64,000 nt of DNA from an uncultured Brachyspira sp. (GCA_964581895.1 CAZOPR010000004.1:170517-234516), one strand, 5' to 3'; counted from the first letter of the stretch, positions 47,126-58,274 are shown. A program made the numbers and translations. The notes: generated from the sequence alone by a model not told the origin.

Positions 47126-49537
47126 TTATTTAGCAAGAATTGATGTAAATGTAACAGAACTAACTTGCCCAGATTCTTTTTCAACAATTGTAATCTTATG
47201 AACTCCAGGCTCAGGTAAAAATGCTAATAAATGATATCCCGATGTTGTACCTATTAACTCTCCATCAATATACCAGTAAAGAGATGTTTTTTTTGAAGAT
47301 GTAGCTGCTCTAAATACCACTTTTTGATATTGACCATTAAAATCTCTTGGAATAACAATCTTATTACCATTTTGCGGGTAGATAATCTCAATTTGATCAG
47401 AATTTACACTTTTACATTCAGGTTTATGTGGAGGTGGTTCACTATATAAAACTCCATTTTCTCTTAAATATTGAGCAATATCAGGTGGCCAGATAAGCAT
47501 AACTTTTTGAACATAATTTCCCGGTTCCCAGCAAGATGAACAAACAGAGTATTTACCATCTAATGTAGTATAAATAACTTTATGGAAAGGGCAGAGTCTT
47601 AAAGGGATCATATTAACAGGTGCTTCAACCATTTTTCTCGGGCAATTAGGACCTGGAGCATAACCAGTTTCTGCACAGACTTCAATTGTTACCAAATCAT
47701 TTTTAGGATATTCAAACCATTTTTTATTTGATACTATAGGTAATGCATTGATTATATCTATCATTATAGAGCCAGCGACTTTTGCTCCACTTAATAAAGG
47801 ATTTGGAGTACCATCAAAGTTTCCACTCCAAACAACTACAACCCAGGATGGAGTAACTCCAGCAGCCCATGCATCCTTATAGCCATAACTTGTCCCTGTT
47901 TTCCATGCAATAGGCTTAGAGCTTGAAAAAAAATTCCATAATTCTTCAAGTCCAGGTCTTTTCAATTCTCTTAAAACATTAAGTATAAGATATGCGCTCC
48001 CTTTACTTATAAGGTTTTTACCACTGACTCTTTTCTTACTTTCTAACCAACTTATTTCAGAAAAATTTCCACCATTTGCAAGACCATAGTATAATGTTGC
48101 AATTTCATAAGGCGATGCTTCTGCACCACCAAGTATCAGTGGAAGGCCATAATCTTCTGAAGTTCGCCAGAGATGATTAAGTCCAGCTTTTTTTAAAAAA
48201 TCGTAAAATTCATCTACACCAAACATTGATAATAGTCGAACTGATGGAACATTTAAAGAATTTATTAAAGCCTGTTTTGCAGTTACTACTCCCATAAAAG
48301 TTCCATTTGCATTCATAGGAGAGTAATTTCCAAATGTAGATGGTATATCACGCAAAATAGTATCTGGTAAAATAAATCCACGGTCAATTGATAATGAATA
48401 TAAAAATGGTTTTAGCAAGGATCCAGTTGAACGGGGGGAAAGAACACCATCAATTTCACCTTGAGTTTTTTTATCTTGAAAATCCTGTGAACCAACCCAA
48501 ACCCTGATTTTCCCAGTTTCTGTTTCAACTATAATTACACTTATATTATTTATACCTGAAACTTGCAATATCTCTTTGTGATGGGAGACTATGGATTCAA
48601 CAAGTTCCTGCAAATTTAAATCAAGAGTTGTTTTTATAGTTTTGGTAGAATGTTTTTTAATATTTTTTTCAAAGTTGCGTTTAACCATATAGCAAAATTG
48701 TGGAGCAGTAACTGAAAAACTATTATTAACAAAAGGAATATTTTCAATAAGAGCAAGTTTATATGTTGATTCATCTATTTCACCATGCTCAAAAAGAAAT
48801 TTTAATAATTTATTTCTTTTATTGCATAAAAGTTCTGATGAAGATTGTGGAGAGATCAATCCAGGAGAATTGGGTAATACAGCAAGAGTAGCAGCTTCTG
48901 CCCATGTTAACATTTCAGGTTCTTTCCCAAAATATCTTAAACTTGCTGTTCTATATCCATAAATATTTCCTCCATAAGGAGCATAAGAAAGATACATTTT
49001 CAATATTTTATTCTTACTAAATAATAGTTCTAATTTTAAGGCTTGTAGTATTTCTATAAATTTATTAAAATAAGTTCTTTTTCTATTTCCAATTATTCTA
49101 GCAAGTTGCATGGTTATGGTGCTTCCCCCAGAAACAATGTTGCCTTCTTTTATATTTAAATATAATGCTCGAATTAAAGATATGGGATTGATTCCAGGAT
49201 GAATATAAAAATATTTGTCTTCAAAAGAAAGAACTGCCTTTTTTAGTTTAGCAGGTATTTCTTTATCATTATTAGTTATGCACCAGTTGTCCTTGTTATT
49301 TAAATAAGCACCAAGAAAGTTATTGTTTTTATCTAATATAACAATGCTTTCCCTTTCTGAAAGTTTTGAAATATCTGTTGGGATAGATAATATTAAAATA
49401 AAAATAAAAAGAAGAATTGAAAAAACTGTTGAAAATAATTTCTTTCTAATAATAAAACTTTTTGTCTTTTTTAAAATCAATTTTACTTTTTTAGCGAATA
49501 TTGAAAAATAATTACAAAAAATATTATTTTTATCCAT
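47126..49537 (-). CDS. pbpC: penicillin-binding protein 1C (bifunctional glycosyltransferase/transpeptidase)
   Basis: GT51 motifs EDKYFYIHPGINPISLIRA and GGSTITMQLAR; a transpeptidase domain; a C-terminal PbpC-type domain. Its start overlaps the A2M stop (TAATG). Confidence 0.85.
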   Translation of the reverse strand: MDKNNIFCNYFSIFAKKVKLILKKTKSFIIRKKLFSTVFSILLFIFILILSIPTDISKLSERESIVILDKNNNFLGAYLNNKDNWCITNNDKEIPAKLKKAVLSFEDKYFYIHPGINPISLIRALYLNIKEGNIVSGGSTITMQLARIIGNRKRTYFNKFIEILQALKLELLFSKNKILKMYLSYAPYGGNIYGYRTASLRYFGKEPEMLTWAEAATLAVLPNSPGLISPQSSSELLCNKRNKLLKFLFEHGEIDESTYKLALIENIPFVNNSFSVTAPQFCYMVKRNFEKNIKKHSTKTIKTTLDLNLQELVESIVSHHKEILQVSGINNISVIIVETETGKIRVWVGSQDFQDKKTQGEIDGVLSPRSTGSLLKPFLYSLSIDRGFILPDTILRDIPSTFGNYSPMNANGTFMGVVTAKQALINSLNVPSVRLLSMFGVDEFYDFLKKAGLNHLWRTSEDYGLPLILGGAEASPYEIATLYYGLANGGNFSEISWLESKKRVSGKNLISKGSAYLILNVLRELKRPGLEELWNFFSSSKPIAWKTGTSYGYKDAWAAGVTPSWVVVVWSGNFDGTPNPLLSGAKVAGSIMIDIINALPIVSNKKWFEYPKNDLVTIEVCAETGYAPGPNCPRKMVEAPVNMIPLRLCPFHKVIYTTLDGKYSVCSSCWEPGNYVQKVMLIWPPDIAQYLRENGVLYSEPPPHKPECKSVNSDQIEIIYPQNGNKIVIPRDFNGQYQKVVFRAATSSKKTSLYWYIDGELIGTTSGYHLLAFLPEPGVHKITIVEKESGQVSSVTFTSILAK

Positions 49538-52500
49538 TAATCTTTAGGTTTAGCTAAAGGATTGAAAGATGCATTAGCATTAGTAACATTTACAACAAAA
49601 CTTTCAGTTGAACCAAAATAATCTGAATTATACATAGCTTCGACATAAGAGGAAGGGACAGTATATGTCCCCGGAGTAACAACATTTGCTTTTAGATAAA
49701 AAATTGTAGGAGTATAATGTTTAAAATTAAAGAAGACAAAGGCTCGGTCATCTCTTATATCAACATATTCTGGTTCAATAAACTTATATTCATCTGATTC
49801 CCATTCTGGTCTATTATCCCATTTTATTCTTTCAATGCTATATTCCAGTCCTGCTGGTAAAAGGTGAACCATAGCAAGATTGTAAAGGTACTGATTAGTT
49901 AAATTTTCAACTTTAAATTCAATCCAGACAATTTGTCCTTGCTTAAAATTTTTATTAGATATGATAATACCATTTTCATCAAGATACTCAACATTTAGGT
50001 ATATTCCATTGTTTCTATTTTTGTTTGAACTGAATAGTGGCACCCCGCTAGATACAACTTCAATAAAGCATGAAGAAATTTCAGTAGACTCATCGATAGT
50101 AATGCTAAGTTCTTGACCAAAATAAGCATTTATTGGAATAGAAAAAGAATATTTTTCTTCGTTAAATCTAACCTTTTCTCCATTTGGTAATGTGATATAT
50201 CCAGATATTTTTGGAATCTTTCCATTTGGGACTAATTTTAAGCCATTTGCATTTAAATATTTACCTATATTAAGAAGAGCAAATCCTAATTCCTGAGTTG
50301 AATACCATTTATTTTTTCTTAATTCTTCAATAATTTCCTTAAATAATTTATTTGCTTCCATATCTTTTGAGAAGATTAACATTATACCTAAAATCATAGA
50401 TTTGTCTCGCATATATGAACCAAATGTTTCATCATTATAATCATAATTATATGGAAGTCTTTTATTTATAGTTGAAATAAGTTTTTCAGCAGTTTTATCT
50501 ATACCACTTAATTTATATGCTGCGGCAAGAAGCCATGTTTCAATATCTGCAAGTGAATTTTCATAATACTCCCGAATTAGATTCATCGAACCTATGTCTG
50601 GTTCTCCAGCAAGTGCAAGGAGGTAAAGAGAATATATGTTTTCGTAAATATTATGGTTAATTGTATTTCTTACATTTTTTTTAGTGAAACTTACCCACTT
50701 TTTAATCATATCTTCAGGAATATAATAACCTTTATTTTTTGCTTCAATAAGAAAATTTCCAGCATAGTTGCTTGCCCAGATATTTACATAATTTTGACCT
50801 GGCCAGTAACTGAAACCTCCATTTGATTTCTGAAATGATCTTAGCTTTGATATTGCAGTCATTATATAATAATCTATGCGATTTTTATCAAACTCATCAA
50901 TAGAAATTATTTCTTTTAAGTATAATTGAGGGAAAACTGATGAAATTGTTTGTTCAATGCATCCATAAGGATATCTTATTAGCCATTTTAAGTGATTACT
51001 TAATTTACCAGAAAATAATGAACTCACATTTATTGAAGCCTCATTACTCCCCTCTAAACCTATAGAAGGAAGGGTAAACTTAAGAGTATTACCTTTTTTC
51101 AATATATAATCATCAGTTTTATATTCTCTTGGGGATGCAGCTAGAATATCCATTTCAGTTGTTTGAGAAGCAGTATATACACCATTTGTAGCAGTAACAT
51201 TAAACTTAAATACACCTACAGCATTGTCAGCTTTTATAGTAAAATATATTGTCGATTCACCAGGTTTCAATAGCACAACATCTTGAGAATCCATGTTGAT
51301 TAATTTAGCAGGTCCTGTTATTTTTGCTTTAACATTTATTTTTCCAAGATTAGCGATTGTCCCCATTATGGTTGTTGCAATAATTGAAGTATCCCCAGGT
51401 CTTAGAAAACGAGGAAGAGAAGAGGAAACCATAAGCTCCTGAGTAACTTTAACTTCTTTTTCAGCAGAACCATATCTTCCTTTTGAAGCACTAACAACCA
51501 TAATTCTAACTGCACCAATATAATCTGGCATAAAAAATTCGATTTTAGAATATCCTTTACTATCTGTTTGTAAAGGACCTTTAAATATTGAAACTGGTTT
51601 AAAACGCATAGCTTTAGAATCAGCTCCGTGTGCTGATGCAAAACTATCTGCTTCAGAGCCACCGACTGCAAATCTATTTTTAATATCACCTTTATTAAGA
51701 TCAAGAACACTATCAAATAGATCCGATATAAAAACACCATACTTAAGTTTTTTATTAAAATCAGCCCAGGGGTCTGGTGTTTTAAATGCAGTTAAATCAA
51801 GTAGTCCAACATCAACAACTGCAATAGTAAATTGAGTTGGTTTTCCATCTGTTGTTTGAACTTCAACGGTAAATGGTGAATTAGGTTTTAAGTTGTCTGA
51901 TGTTTTTATTGTAATATTTTGTATTGTTGATTTATCTTTAATAATTAACGGGATTATTCCAAACATACGAAGTGGTCTATCGTTTATAGTTTCTGCATGA
52001 GGTTGTATAAGCATTATTGTTACGTAAATATTTGGACACATCTCTTTAGTTATAGGTATTTCTATTGTCATTTCTCCATTATCATTTTGTGTAGCTGTTA
52101 ACCAGTAGCTATTTAATATAATATTTGCTCTTTCAATTGATATTAAAACAGAGCCATTTGAAGGTGATGGGAAAGTTACCTTGGCTATATCTCCTGGTGA
52201 ATATTCTTTATTGTCAGATCTAAGCATAAGATAAGCAGCATCTTTTTCACTTGTTTCAGAACCCCATGAATAAGCAAAAAAGAAAAATGTAGATGTATGA
52301 CCATCTTGATCAATAAGTTCTACAAGATAAGTACCACTTATATCTGGATTTATCGTTAGAATAACTGGTTTTGAATCAGATTTTAATTCGCCTTCTTTCC
52401 AAAGTGATGTAGAAGTTTGATTCCTAAAATTATAAGAAAAGTCGCTATCATAGTAGTAATCCCACCACCACCACCGCTGACTATGGTAAATTCGCCATTC

Positions 52501-55155
52501 AATCTTTCTTCCAGCTATCAGATCCCCATTTGACTTTAAGTTTACAATAGAAATTGAAAGTGGAGAATCTTTTTTCACATATCCACTATAATCTTGAGGT
52601 AACTTCCAGCCAACATAATAATCAAACATCTCCACAGGTATTATCTGCTTGTATATTACAGGTCGTCCTCCCTTTTCAATGACTCGTATTGTAAATGTAA
52701 GTTCGAGAGCTGAAGGTTTGTTTACAAAATAGGGTAAGCTATATGATACTACAGCTTCACCATTTGAATCAAGTGTTCCACTTGCTATTTGTTCACTTTC
52801 AGGTTGTTCATATTTCAAAGTTTTATCATCAAATGAATAAGCTGGTAGATTCTGGAATTTTTTTGGACAAGTACGATATTCTGTTGTTACAGTATATTTT
52901 AATCCTGCTGCTGCAAGTCCAGTGAGATAATTTGCTGAGATATCAAGTTTAATTAAGTCATTTTTTGGTGTTAAAATGTTTGTCGAAGAATTTACATTAA
53001 TCTTTATAGTATATGGAACAATCATTTCAATTTTAACAGGATATATAAATTTTTCACCAGCAACTTCGAGATATGCATTCCATGTACCTGTTATATCTTT
53101 GCTTTGGGTTTTTATGGTAAATGAATACATGCCATCTATACCATTATTTTGGGTCTCATAATAAACAAGAGTATTTTTGGGATTATAAAACTTTAAAGTT
53201 ACTGGATGTCCGTCTGGAAATGTATTAAATTGATTACGAATTATAGCTGTCAAATGAATTTCATCTCCTGGTCTATATATACCTCTTTCTGTATAAGCAA
53301 AAACTCTTAACTGTTTTTCACTAAGTTCCACTCCACCAATATCATAATTTGTAAGATTAAGAGCCATATATCTATTTTGAATGAATGACCTCTGTCCATT
53401 TTTTTCACCTTTTACAAAATAAACCTGATAATTTCCCTTAAATGAAACTTTGCCATTTTTCTCAGTTATTCCACTGGCAAGTAACTGATTTTGATAAGAA
53501 TATAAAGAAATATTAACTCCTTGAAGAGGTTTAGAAGTTAGTAAGTCTGTTGCATATACTATTGATTCTTCTGCAGTTTGCTTATATATCAAACCTATAT
53601 CACTCATTGAAACTAACTTAAATGCCTTTCCATATGCCCTATTAATAAGATAGTAATAACTTGTTTCTTTTTCATTATCTTTAGACATATAATAATAATC
53701 ATCTTCATTATAGTAATCATAGTAATAATCATCATAATAATCGTAATCATAATCTTCTTCCTCTGAATCTTCATCTCTTTCAAATATGTCATTTCGCATA
53801 AAAAAAAGAGAAACCATAAAAAGTCCGGACTCATTTCCCTTTACCAACTTTGATAGGTCTATTTCATGTTGTAACCATGTGTCTTGCTCACTGTTAATCT
53901 CAAGTGTATCATTATATACTTCAACACCGACTCTATAAATACTTCTAAAGCTATCTTTTCTATTTGGACTACTATTAATGGACTCTTCCTGGAAAAACTG
54001 GCAGAGGTTATTTTCATATATTCTCATTATGATAAGTCTGACTTTTGTAAGATTTAAGGTCATAAAAAGAAGTTTCTGATTATTGTCAGAAGGCATAAAT
54101 ATTCCATTGCTGCTAAATTTAACCGCCGGAGAAAGATCGGATGTCTTTAAACTAGAAGAAAAATCTTTAGAAAGCTTAAGACCTTCAAATTTACTTCTAA
54201 TACCTTTTTTAACATTAACAATATATGTTGTGTTATAATTGAAGTTACCAGATAGATACAATTTAGTTCCCGACGCATAAGCAGTAAAATCAATTTCAGG
54301 AGTTACAGAAACAAATCCACGAAAATCCTGAGTTTCATCTATTTCTGAGTTAAAAGAAACTATTATAAATGGTTTTTCTTTGATCATGGTAGATTTAAAG
54401 GAAATAGGTTCAAAAATATTTTTTGAATAAAGAATAATTTTCTTATCAATATCTTTAGAAATGCCAGATTTTTTGCTATCTATTAAAAGTTTACCTTCAA
54501 TAGTTTTATTATCTTTTTCTATAGGTTCAGAGATTATATTTATAATGTTTATATCATTAGAAGGAACAATTTTGATAGGAACTTTTTTAGTACCAATCTG
54601 TAATTTTATAGCATCTTTTATAGATTCAGAATTAATAGGTCCGGAAAATTTGATAGATCCTTTTAAAACAACATTATCAGGTTTACTGTAATCATTTGTA
54701 ACAAATTCGGTATCTATAGATAGAAGATCAAGTCTTTTAACATAAAAGTTAAATATAAAATTTTCTGATCCAGGTATTAACTTGCTTAAGATTAATTCTC
54801 CCTTATATAATTGTCTATCTTTGAGTTTGAATTTTGGGATAAAAGTAAGGGTTTTTTCATCCTTCCAGGTTAAATAACCTGAAATTTTCGGGTCAAAATT
54901 AAGAACTTCATTTTTTATTTTTTTGCCAGTTATTTCTTTTCCAACCATAGGCTTTTGAAATGAAATGTATATTTCCTGCTCAGGTGAAATAGTTCCACAG
55001 GTGCAAGAGTTAATAACCTGGGCAATGGCTTCTGAGTAATTTATTTGAATTTTGTTTGATTTTGAAGAACCTACGCAAGATTGAAAAATTAAAAATACAA
55101 GTAAAATAATACAAAAGAGAGAAGAAATAGATTTTTTCATACTAATTTCCTCCAT
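49537..55155 (-). CDS. bacterial alpha-2-macroglobulin (YfhM-like lipoprotein) with an intact thioester
   Basis: Lipobox LIFQSC; repeated MG domains; the thioester motif GCIEQT in LIRYPYGCIEQTISS. The likely true start is ATG 55140 (MKKSISS), preceded by a GGAGGA RBS. It contains a Tyr/Asp-rich insert. Confidence 0.85.
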   Translation of the reverse strand: MEEISMKKSISSLFCIILLVFLIFQSCVGSSKSNKIQINYSEAIAQVINSCTCGTISPEQEIYISFQKPMVGKEITGKKIKNEVLNFDPKISGYLTWKDEKTLTFIPKFKLKDRQLYKGELILSKLIPGSENFIFNFYVKRLDLLSIDTEFVTNDYSKPDNVVLKGSIKFSGPINSESIKDAIKLQIGTKKVPIKIVPSNDINIINIISEPIEKDNKTIEGKLLIDSKKSGISKDIDKKIILYSKNIFEPISFKSTMIKEKPFIIVSFNSEIDETQDFRGFVSVTPEIDFTAYASGTKLYLSGNFNYNTTYIVNVKKGIRSKFEGLKLSKDFSSSLKTSDLSPAVKFSSNGIFMPSDNNQKLLFMTLNLTKVRLIIMRIYENNLCQFFQEESINSSPNRKDSFRSIYRVGVEVYNDTLEINSEQDTWLQHEIDLSKLVKGNESGLFMVSLFFMRNDIFERDEDSEEEDYDYDYYDDYYYDYYNEDDYYYMSKDNEKETSYYYLINRAYGKAFKLVSMSDIGLIYKQTAEESIVYATDLLTSKPLQGVNISLYSYQNQLLASGITEKNGKVSFKGNYQVYFVKGEKNGQRSFIQNRYMALNLTNYDIGGVELSEKQLRVFAYTERGIYRPGDEIHLTAIIRNQFNTFPDGHPVTLKFYNPKNTLVYYETQNNGIDGMYSFTIKTQSKDITGTWNAYLEVAGEKFIYPVKIEMIVPYTIKINVNSSTNILTPKNDLIKLDISANYLTGLAAAGLKYTVTTEYRTCPKKFQNLPAYSFDDKTLKYEQPESEQIASGTLDSNGEAVVSYSLPYFVNKPSALELTFTIRVIEKGGRPVIYKQIIPVEMFDYYVGWKLPQDYSGYVKKDSPLSISIVNLKSNGDLIAGRKIEWRIYHSQRWWWWDYYYDSDFSYNFRNQTSTSLWKEGELKSDSKPVILTINPDISGTYLVELIDQDGHTSTFFFFAYSWGSETSEKDAAYLMLRSDNKEYSPGDIAKVTFPSPSNGSVLISIERANIILNSYWLTATQNDNGEMTIEIPITKEMCPNIYVTIMLIQPHAETINDRPLRMFGIIPLIIKDKSTIQNITIKTSDNLKPNSPFTVEVQTTDGKPTQFTIAVVDVGLLDLTAFKTPDPWADFNKKLKYGVFISDLFDSVLDLNKGDIKNRFAVGGSEADSFASAHGADSKAMRFKPVSIFKGPLQTDSKGYSKIEFFMPDYIGAVRIMVVSASKGRYGSAEKEVKVTQELMVSSSLPRFLRPGDTSIIATTIMGTIANLGKINVKAKITGPAKLINMDSQDVVLLKPGESTIYFTIKADNAVGVFKFNVTATNGVYTASQTTEMDILAASPREYKTDDYILKKGNTLKFTLPSIGLEGSNEASINVSSLFSGKLSNHLKWLIRYPYGCIEQTISSVFPQLYLKEIISIDEFDKNRIDYYIMTAISKLRSFQKSNGGFSYWPGQNYVNIWASNYAGNFLIEAKNKGYYIPEDMIKKWVSFTKKNVRNTINHNIYENIYSLYLLALAGEPDIGSMNLIREYYENSLADIETWLLAAAYKLSGIDKTAEKLISTINKRLPYNYDYNDETFGSYMRDKSMILGIMLIFSKDMEANKLFKEIIEELRKNKWYSTQELGFALLNIGKYLNANGLKLVPNGKIPKISGYITLPNGEKVRFNEEKYSFSIPINAYFGQELSITIDESTEISSCFIEVVSSGVPLFSSNKNRNNGIYLNVEYLDENGIIISNKNFKQGQIVWIEFKVENLTNQYLYNLAMVHLLPAGLEYSIERIKWDNRPEWESDEYKFIEPEYVDIRDDRAFVFFNFKHYTPTIFYLKANVVTPGTYTVPSSYVEAMYNSDYFGSTESFVVNVTNANASFNPLAKPKD

Positions 55156-56199
55156 TTTAATTATAAAATTTAATTAAAAAATTTTCAACCTTTGTTTTAT
55201 TAATTGAAATTATTGTCAATTCTATTAAAATCATTTGATAATAATTTTATTTATAAATTAATCTAACTTAACAATAATTTTGGTAATGTATTATTAATTG
55301 TGCCAAAGCCTTGAAGGGTTAAAGTTTATGGTTTAAAAATAATTAGTATAAGAAAACCCTTCAAAGGAGTAAGAAAACATGGATAAATTAATATTAGAAG
55401 AATTTTCAAAAATTTTCAAGGAAATTTTAGAAAAAATTATCTTAAAGGAAAGGGAAGAATATTTTTGGAATAGTAATTTTAAGCTACCTTTAAATTTGTA
55501 AATGGAAGAATGTTATTTTTATGCTTTATGATGTGATAAAAGCATTGTTTTGTGATAGATTAAGTGCTAGAAAAGTAACCAGATGTAATAAAAAACATTG
55601 TAGCAAGCTTCCAATCTATTTCATATATTAGTAATAATTTAAAAATGCCAGAGAAAATCATAGATATGTTTATCAAAAGAAAACTTACACAAAAATATAC
55701 TATAATTTATCAAATGCAAAAATATCCTGTAATTTATATATAGATAAGTTATATCTTAACAAATATACCTTTTTAATCTTATGCATTACCAGGTCTAGAA
55801 TTTATATACAATTAAGCTATATCCCACTAATAAGGGATGGCGTAGCAAAAGAAGCAGTTTATACTTTATTATGGCTTACAAAGAATAATAGGTGCGAAAT
55901 ATTATCTTATTTTTTGCCAGCTGGTAATAAAAAATATGATGTATAAAAAGAAATATTTTTTGAAGTAGAACATAACCTATGCTAGTTTCATTTGAAGAAA
56001 AATAGAAAAAACAAAGTTAGAAAAGCTTTCATTGATGAAATATAAGTATATTTTTACTTAGAGGACATTGCTAATAAGTTTTTATAACTATTTTTTAGCG
56101 ACAAGAATTTAAAATACCAAAACAAAAAGCTAAGATACTTTTTATTAATCGAACAGTCCTTTAATAAATGAAAATTTCCAAGACTTTCACACAATTATC

Positions 56200-56228
56200 T
56201 TGACATTGCCAAAGATCAATTGTTAAAT
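56200..56228 (+). promoter_or_regulatory. Sigma70-like promoter candidate for the EndoQ-like gene
   Basis: TTGACA (56200-05), a 17-nt spacer, then TTAAAT (56223-28). The ATG is at 56299. Confidence 0.4.
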
Positions 56229-56298
56229 AAAAAGTTAGCATATTATTATATTTATGCTCTAATTTTTAAAAGAAAGGCACTATAAGGTAGTTTGAATT

Positions 56299-57585
56299 AT
56301 GATATTAACCTGCGATATTCATTGTCATTCTGGTTATTCTGGAGGAGTTGGTAAGATTTCCTTTGAAAAACTTTATGAAAATTTACAGATAAAAGGGATT
56401 AATCTTTATGGAAGTGCAGATGCGCTTCAACCAGATTGGAGAAAAACTCTTAAAGAAAGTTTAGTAGAAAGTGAAGAAGGTTTGTTTGTATTAAAAAATA
56501 TAGAGGAGAAAAAATATAAATTTATTCCAAGAGTAATTTTAGAAAGTGAAATAGTTTTAACAGCCCCATATTTTTTTGATAAAAAAAGAAGAAAATCTGT
56601 TCATTTATTGATGACTTTTCCAGCTTTTTATGTCGTAGAGAAGATAGTAAAAATTTTTGAAAAGTCTGGCGCTAAACTTTCTATAGGAAGACCATACTTA
56701 AAATTTGATGACTTAAACCAGATGGAAGATTTTTTAATGAATCTTTCAGAAAGATTTCATGATATTGAATTTATTCCAGCCCATATTTTCACTCCAGATG
56801 GTGTTCTTGGAGGAGAAAATCCGATAGACTGCATTGAACAATTCTTTGGTCAATTTGGCAAAAAGATAAATGCTCTTGAATCTGGATTATCTGCTGACCC
56901 TGATATGATATTAAAGATAAAAAGCCTCAATAATTTCCTTGTTATATCTAATTCAGACGCTCATAGTGAGGCATTAAATAGAATTGGAAGGGAGTTTTTT
57001 GCAATTGAAATAGATAATTTAAGTTACTTTGATATTATAGATTCAATAAGAAAAAAAAGGTTGGTTTATTCTGTAGAATTTAAACCAGAGCATGGAAGAT
57101 ATTTTTTAACTGGGCATAGAGCTGATAGACATGATAACAATCAGTCAATATACTTTAAAGTTGAAGATATTCCAGAAAATTTAATATGTCCAATATGTCA
57201 TAAAAGGATGATAGAGGGTGTTGAATATAGAGTTCAAAAATTATTCTTAAAAGATAAAGATTTAATAAACAAAAAAGCAGATTTGAATTTATTTAGAAAA
57301 CAAAAATTTTTTTATTCAATTCCTTTGATAGAAGTAGTAGCAATATCTTTAAATAGTTCAATAAAATCTAAAAAAGTAAATGATATTTATAGATTGATAA
57401 TAGATGAAGTGGGATTCGAAAGTAACCTTTATATGATGGATGAAAAAAAGATAATAGATATAATCAATAATTTGAAAATAGAAGACAAAGTAAAATCATC
57501 TTTAGTAGCACTAAGAAAGAATTTATTTAAGTTTGAACCAGCTGGATTCGATGGAAATTATGGACAGCTCAAAATATTAAACTGA
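56299..57585 (+). CDS. endonuclease Q-like PHP-domain protein
   Basis: CDIHCHSGYS, KGINLYGSADALQPDWRKTL, VHLLMTFP, IPAHIFTPDG, ESGLSADPDM, SNSDAHS...IGREF, GRYFLTGH, and the Zn-finger-like ICPICHKRM. All are collinear with archaeal EndoQ blocks as I recall them. Confidence 0.55.
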   Translation: MILTCDIHCHSGYSGGVGKISFEKLYENLQIKGINLYGSADALQPDWRKTLKESLVESEEGLFVLKNIEEKKYKFIPRVILESEIVLTAPYFFDKKRRKSVHLLMTFPAFYVVEKIVKIFEKSGAKLSIGRPYLKFDDLNQMEDFLMNLSERFHDIEFIPAHIFTPDGVLGGENPIDCIEQFFGQFGKKINALESGLSADPDMILKIKSLNNFLVISNSDAHSEALNRIGREFFAIEIDNLSYFDIIDSIRKKRLVYSVEFKPEHGRYFLTGHRADRHDNNQSIYFKVEDIPENLICPICHKRMIEGVEYRVQKLFLKDKDLINKKADLNLFRKQKFFYSIPLIEVVAISLNSSIKSKKVNDIYRLIIDEVGFESNLYMMDEKKIIDIINNLKIEDKVKSSLVALRKNLFKFEPAGFDGNYGQLKILN

Positions 57586-57590
57586 TAAAG

Positions 57591-58106
57591 TTATTGTGAA
57601 AGTATTTCTTTAATTTTATCTATATTTTCAGAAAATATATCAAGGTAAGCTTTAGATAAAGTAAAAGATCTTGAATCACTAAGATTAGAAGACTCTTCCC
57701 CTTCATATGCCTTTGTTTTTTCAAAATCTATTTGCTCAGTCTTGGTAGAATCAAAAATAAGATTAACTGAAAGATCCACTTTATATCTTGAATTTGAATA
57801 ACTGATACCAATAGTTTTTGCACTAAATTCAGCATAACAGCTTAAATTATTATTTTTCAAAAGTTCTAAAGTTAAAGATCGACTTGATAAACCATTATCC
57901 AATAATTCAATATTATATTTGCTTTTTAAGTAAAGATATAAATTATCTACAGCATATTTAACTTCATTTGGGATAAATTCTCCAGAAATATTGTTAAAAA
58001 AGATAGCAAAAACAATTTTGTTATCGGCATCTATAAAATTTATTGGGAATAAAGTTAATAGAAAAAGTATAAAAAATATAAACAACAAAAAGAATCTTCT
58101 TTTCAT
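57591..58106 (-). CDS. hypothetical secreted protein
   Basis: 171 aa with an N-terminal signal peptide. Confidence 0.5.
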   Translation of the reverse strand: MKRRFFLLFIFFILFLLTLFPINFIDADNKIVFAIFFNNISGEFIPNEVKYAVDNLYLYLKSKYNIELLDNGLSSRSLTLELLKNNNLSCYAEFSAKTIGISYSNSRYKVDLSVNLIFDSTKTEQIDFEKTKAYEGEESSNLSDSRSFTLSKAYLDIFSENIDKIKEILSQ

Positions 58107-58274
58107 GATTATTATCCCTTTTTGTTATTAGATTTGCTACTTAATAATAATAATTTATCTTTTATCATTGTCAATATTCTATTTTTTCTTCAATATTGAA
58201 AAAATATTTGAAAAAAGAATAAAACTAAGGTATAAAAAATGGAGAATAAGAGATAAAAATGATAAAAGAAAGAT

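Noticed and set aside
51402-53834. Internal ORFs inside the A2M gene (51402..51740, 52743..52925, 52976..53161, 53613..53834) and similar nested ORFs elsewhere (893..1138, 6726..7016, 13496..13783, 24344..24780, 30089..30471, 30884..31201)
   Set aside because: All are alternative-frame or antisense ORFs inside much longer, motif-supported genes. In AT-rich DNA these arise by chance.
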